A DNA stretch of 64,000 nucleotides from an uncultured bacterium (GTDB taxonomy: Bacteria; Fidelibacterota; Marinisomatia; Marinisomatales; UBA1611). Location: contig CALSPG010000001.1 in assembly GCA_943788175.1 (NCBI GenBank), positions 96,001 to 160,000 of the forward strand, in the 5' to 3' direction. The notes under the pieces were generated by a model. That model saw only the letters and a program-made list of their open reading frames with translations. It was not told the origin of the DNA and made no database searches. The position numbers and the translations under genes were made by a program. Below, piece by piece: positions 60,012-64,000 of the stretch (position 1 is the stretch's first letter; the number at the start of each line of letters is the position of its first letter).

Positions 60012-61051
60012 TGAAGAAAGAAAAAATTATTAAAGTATTAAATGTTCTGCTATTTGTTGCCGTTATTTTTAACGGTTGCGTAAATCTGAAAAATGATTCT
60101 GAAAATGATAAGAGCGAATTAATGAGACTCTTAGATGAGGACACAGCAGTAGGAATTGACGGTTATGATGATCAAGGTGTAGTTGATATAGAGTTTGATA
60201 ATGGTCTTGAATCTATTGGAATGGCAAGAATTACTGAAGATACATTAAAGTATGGTGAGGGTTATCGGATACGGTTTGGTAGGCAAATAATTAGTAGAGA
60301 AAGATCAGTAGAGTTTAATGTTGACGGTGATACTGCAATTGGATTGATTAGTTACAATTTAAATGGGATTTTTAGAGTTTTGGTAAAAGATACTTCCAAT
60401 TTAGAAATTATTGATTCTATGAGTTTCTCAAAAAACTTTGAGTCTTTAATGACTAGAAAAGTAAAATTCTTTAAATTGTCTGATAATAGCAATCCTAATG
60501 GTTATAGGTGGAAAATAGCGGCTATTACTCCAATCACTGGTAGCTCGGGGAATAAAGTATCTATTTCTTCTTTGAATATTTTTTCAATAGAAACTTTAAT
60601 AAATGATGATGGCGAGAGTTCATATAATCAAAGAGAATTACTGTTTTCAATGAATTCAGATGATTCTGGCGATTTGTATTTAGATAGAGAAAACTTGCCT
60701 ACATTTAATGCGTTTCAACAAATAATGATAAAAGTCGATGTTGAAAATTTTGGTCCTGAACATGCTCTTGATTCTTTGGGTGTAGGTGAGTGGGTTATGC
60801 ATCGTTTTGGTAGAAACTCTTCCCAGCGAGGAAGACGTAAATTAAATGATAGAGGGGTAGCATCTGATAGCGTGGAAAATGATAATATCCATACTGCTAT
60901 TTGGCGTTTGCATGGACCTGGATTTGGTAGAGATTCACGAACATTTAGATCTTTTTTTAATACTATTGATTTAGCTACCATATTTGTAGAAAGTAGTGAT
61001 TATAACAACGTTACCTGGTCGATTCCTTACAAAGTAACTAGGCAGAATTAG
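60011..61051 (+). CDS. Hypothetical lipoprotein
   Basis: Lipobox FNGC; the ATG overlaps the upstream TAA. Confidence 0.65.
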   Translation: MKKEKIIKVLNVLLFVAVIFNGCVNLKNDSENDKSELMRLLDEDTAVGIDGYDDQGVVDIEFDNGLESIGMARITEDTLKYGEGYRIRFGRQIISRERSVEFNVDGDTAIGLISYNLNGIFRVLVKDTSNLEIIDSMSFSKNFESLMTRKVKFFKLSDNSNPNGYRWKIAAITPITGSSGNKVSISSLNIFSIETLINDDGESSYNQRELLFSMNSDDSGDLYLDRENLPTFNAFQQIMIKVDVENFGPEHALDSLGVGEWVMHRFGRNSSQRGRRKLNDRGVASDSVENDNIHTAIWRLHGPGFGRDSRTFRSFFNTIDLATIFVESSDYNNVTWSIPYKVTRQN

Positions 61052-61054
61052 ATT

Positions 61055-61145
61055 TTAGTTAATATTACCACGCTCTAATCAGTTTAAAATAATATTATTG
61101 TCGATAACATTATTTGCACATAGAGCGTAGTAGCTATTGACCTAA
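61055..61145. other. Imperfect ~90-nt rod-like inverted repeat upstream of serC
   Basis: ACGCTCTA (61070-61077) pairs with TAGAGCGT (61121-61128). The stem extends outward to 61055/61145, with an inner stem at 61087-61098/61104-61115. Confidence 0.55.
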
Positions 61146-61196
61146 TGTGCTGATTTTATCAAATTTTAGATATAATATTATCAATTTATTAGAAAT

Positions 61197-62282
61197 TTGA
61201 AGAAAATATATAATTTTAGTGCAGGACCAGCCTGCTTACCTGAACAAGCTATAAGCTCTTCAATAGAATCGATAAAAAACTTTAAACAATCAGGAATGAG
61301 CCTATTAGAAATGAGCCATCGCTCCGTTCCGGTTGTAGATTTATTTGAAGAAACTACAAATAACATTATTGAGCTCTTAAATATTCCTAAAAATTATAGT
61401 GTTCTTTGGCTGCAAGGTGGTGCATCATTACAATTCTCGATGGTTCCTATGAATCTTTTACCTCTAGCAGGCTCAGCAGATTATATTGACACTGGTTCTT
61501 GGTCTGCAAAAGCGATTATAGAATGCGAAAAATTTGGTAAAGCCAATGTAATAGGTAGTAGTAAAGAGGCTACTTACTCTTTTATACCTAAAGATGTGCA
61601 AATTTCTTCAAGTTCTTCTTATTTGCACATTACAAGTAATAATACTATCTACGGTACACAATACAAAAATTTCCCGGAAATAAATAATGATAATACATTA
61701 TTAGTAGCTGACATGAGTTCTGATATATTATCAAAGACAATAGATATATCGAAATTTGGTTTAATTTATGCAGGAGCTCAAAAAAATATCGGGCCGGCTG
61801 GTGTGACCTTAGTTATAATAAGATCGGACCTTTTAAAACTAAAATATAGAGATATACCCACCATGATGAGTTACAGCACACATGCGTCTAAGGACTCTAT
61901 GTTTAATACACCACCTGTGTTTTCAGTTTGCGTTGTGAATGAAACGTTGAAATGGCTAAAGCAACTAGGCGGTTTGGATTCAATGGCTAATATTAATGAA
62001 CTGAAAGCAGGTCTGCTTTACGAAGAGATTAATAGAAATACTTTATTTAAAAGCCCTATCAATGAAGAAGACCGGTCTTTAATGAATGTTTCATTTATAT
62101 TTGATAATAATAAAATTGACGATAAAGTATTTTTAGACTTTTGCCTTGCAAGAGGGTTAACAACTTTAAAAGGTCATCGATCTGTAGGTGGGTTTAGAGC
62201 TTCAATTTACAATGCTATGCCCCAAAAAGGTGTAGAAGTCCTTATTGAAACAATGCAAGAATTCGAAAATAGATATTCTTGA
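61197..62282 (+). CDS. serC: Phosphoserine aminotransferase
   Basis: NFSAGPA, EMSHRS, LQGGASLQF, AGAQKNIGPAG and GHRSVGGFRASIYNA motifs. Confidence 0.98.
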   Translation: MKKIYNFSAGPACLPEQAISSSIESIKNFKQSGMSLLEMSHRSVPVVDLFEETTNNIIELLNIPKNYSVLWLQGGASLQFSMVPMNLLPLAGSADYIDTGSWSAKAIIECEKFGKANVIGSSKEATYSFIPKDVQISSSSSYLHITSNNTIYGTQYKNFPEINNDNTLLVADMSSDILSKTIDISKFGLIYAGAQKNIGPAGVTLVIIRSDLLKLKYRDIPTMMSYSTHASKDSMFNTPPVFSVCVVNETLKWLKQLGGLDSMANINELKAGLLYEEINRNTLFKSPINEEDRSLMNVSFIFDNNKIDDKVFLDFCLARGLTTLKGHRSVGGFRASIYNAMPQKGVEVLIETMQEFENRYS

Positions 62283-62385
62283 TTAATTTTTTATCGAATA
62301 TTTCAGGATATTTAATTATAGACCAATATTATTAAAAACGAGCCTTATGGTTATCCTATTTTTTTATGCAGAATTATACTAGAAA

Positions 62386-62994
62386 CTATTGAGTCTTAAT
62401 TACTCCCTTTTCTACAAGTTTATCTAGTTTTGGTTTTATTACAAAAACACAGTAAGGCTGATTAGGGTTGTTTTCATAATAGTCATTATGATAATCTTCG
62501 GCATCGGAGTAATTATAAATTTCTGCTATTTCTGTGACAATTTTATCTTTCCAATATCCTGATTTATCAGCTTCTATTTTTGACTCGTTAGCCAACTTCT
62601 TCTGCTCCTCATTATGATAATAGATTACGGATCTGTATTGGGTGCCTGTATCATTACCTTGTCTATTAAGAGTCGTTGGGTCATGAGCTTGCCAGAAGAT
62701 ATTTAATATTTGTTTGAATGAAATGATTTTTTTATCATATTCTATTTTAGCAACTTCTGCATGTCCAGTTTTTCCGGTGCAAATTTCTTTGTAGGTAGTA
62801 CTTTTAGATTTACCTCCAGCATATCCTGGTGTTACAGATATTACGCCATCGATTCTTTGGTATACTGCTTCAACACACCAAAAACAACCGCCCCCTAATG
62901 TAGCTAATCCTGTTTCAGTCATTTTTTGTCCTTTAATAAATGAAAAAAATATAAATGTAATAATTAAAAAATAATTTATTTTGGTATTAACCAT
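62386..62994 (-). CDS. msrA: Peptide-methionine (S)-S-oxide reductase with an N-terminal signal-like sequence
   Basis: GGGCFWCVE, TGHAE, HDPTTLNRQGNDTGTQYRS and AEDYH motifs. Confidence 0.97.
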   Translation of the reverse strand: MVNTKINYFLIITFIFFSFIKGQKMTETGLATLGGGCFWCVEAVYQRIDGVISVTPGYAGGKSKSTTYKEICTGKTGHAEVAKIEYDKKIISFKQILNIFWQAHDPTTLNRQGNDTGTQYRSVIYYHNEEQKKLANESKIEADKSGYWKDKIVTEIAEIYNYSDAEDYHNDYYENNPNQPYCVFVIKPKLDKLVEKGVIKTQ

Positions 62995-64000
62995 ATATCA
63001 GTTCCATAAAAATCACCTTTCCTATTACGAATTTTAATTTTTTTCTCTTGTACCCTGTAATTATTTGTAGGTGCATTTACTTTAATCATTAAAAAGCCAG
63101 TATCTTTAACAGCTATCGCAAATTTTCCTTTTATGCCTGTAATCCTTCCCCCTTTTTCTTCTGGATATTTATTTATTGTTGGTGATTTATAAAGTGACCT
63201 TTTTGTGGGTAGCCTATTGCCATCATCCCAAGTTTCACCATCGATTAGATTTATTAATCTAGTTTGACTTCCACCATTCCTAGGTGTCTGCGAACCATAG
63301 ATTCTTACTTCTGCACCTAAAATCGGTTTACGTGTTTTGTAATCTCTCACAGTTCCAAATACTAAAGAATTATCTAGCTTTTCTTGTGGCAAATACCTCG
63401 GGAGATTCTCAGTTTCTAGAGGGTTTGAAATATAGTTTTTTTGTATAATTCCAAGGTTTTCATATTGGCCATAACTAGGAACATAACATTTTGAAGGGTT
63501 AATATTTATAGAATCATTTAGGAGAATTTTTATAAATCTCTTTGAGTCTAGGTTAAACTCATATGAATTTATTTGAATTCTTTCTAGTTCATATGACTGG
63601 TGTTTATTTTCATGGGCAATGTAAATTATATGTCCTTTATTAAAGTATGATTTAGTTTTATTTAAAATTAAATCATCAGCTTGCTTATCATACATTTCGG
63701 ACGATTCTAAGGTAACTACATAATCACCTGTCCCATCAACAGAATAATGTTTTATTCTTAAAAAATGAGGTCCAGGTAGTAGTGGAAGCTTCATCATGAA
63801 ATTATTACTATCTCTACTATTATCATCTGAAGATATTAGCTGTCCAGCATTATCAAATATTTCGGCATATATATCAGTTTCACCTAAAGATTTTGTAAGT
63901 ACAGTTATTGGATATTTAAGGTCAAATCTGAAAATATCTACATCTCCGCCAAGCTCAATAATACCAGATGAAGAACTACCCATTTTTATTTTTGTTGATG
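62976..64000 (-). CDS. C-terminal part of a protein with a PPC-like domain and a carboxypeptidase-regulatory-like domain (5'-truncated by the window)
   Basis: GDVDIFRF...TDIY.EIFD..GQLISSDDNS and FGTVRDYKTRKPILGAEVRI motifs. The frame is open to the window edge. Confidence 0.6.
   Translation of the reverse strand, partial: STKIKMGSSSSGIIELGGDVDIFRFDLKYPITVLTKSLGETDIYAEIFDNAGQLISSDDNSRDSNNFMMKLPLLPGPHFLRIKHYSVDGTGDYVVTLESSEMYDKQADDLILNKTKSYFNKGHIIYIAHENKHQSYELERIQINSYEFNLDSKRFIKILLNDSININPSKCYVPSYGQYENLGIIQKNYISNPLETENLPRYLPQEKLDNSLVFGTVRDYKTRKPILGAEVRIYGSQTPRNGGSQTRLINLIDGETWDDGNRLPTKRSLYKSPTINKYPEEKGGRITGIKGKFAIAVKDTGFLMIKVNAPTNNYRVQEKKIKIRNRKGDFYGTDIWLIPK

Noticed and set aside
1-64000. 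tRNA, rRNA, IS elements, prophage
   Set aside because: Intergenic gaps are short and AT-rich, with no cloverleaf, rRNA-like, transposase, integrase or phage structural signatures visible by eye. A covariance-model scan was not possible.

Overview
AT-rich bacterial chromosomal segment from a diderm, FCB-group-like organism. Gene content and composition resemble marine Marinimicrobia/SAR406, but this is an inference with no marker-gene tree behind it. About 50 genes, mostly on the + strand; no rRNA, tRNA, CRISPR array or transposase was recognised. Bases 1-17205 form a tightly packed cell-surface cluster. It holds poly-gamma-glutamate synthesis genes (capB/pgsB, capC/pgsC, pgsW-type protein, but no capA/capD), a basic periplasmic protein, a basic beta-barrel, two propeller proteins and an M14 carboxypeptidase. 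Two gingipain-like (C25) proteins that lack the canonical catalytic His bracket the cluster. The middle is housekeeping (alaS, dinG, hutH, guaB, rpsT, meaB, tatC, polyprenyl synthase, GT9, waaA, ftsY, rimO). Bases 43.6-49.8 kb hold unusual proteins: a DUF1704/MATCAP-type peptidase, a GH1 glucosidase fused to a thioredoxin-like domain, a CBS-like PLP enzyme, a NOX5-derived EF-hand/dehydrogenase protein missing its heme transmembrane domain, and hsp20 with a sigma-54 promoter. The end holds DegT-tldD-tldE-rmuC, a helicase-nuclease, an ECF sigma module, serC preceded by a ~90-nt rod hairpin, and msrA. Several single-base frameshifts look like long-read consensus errors.
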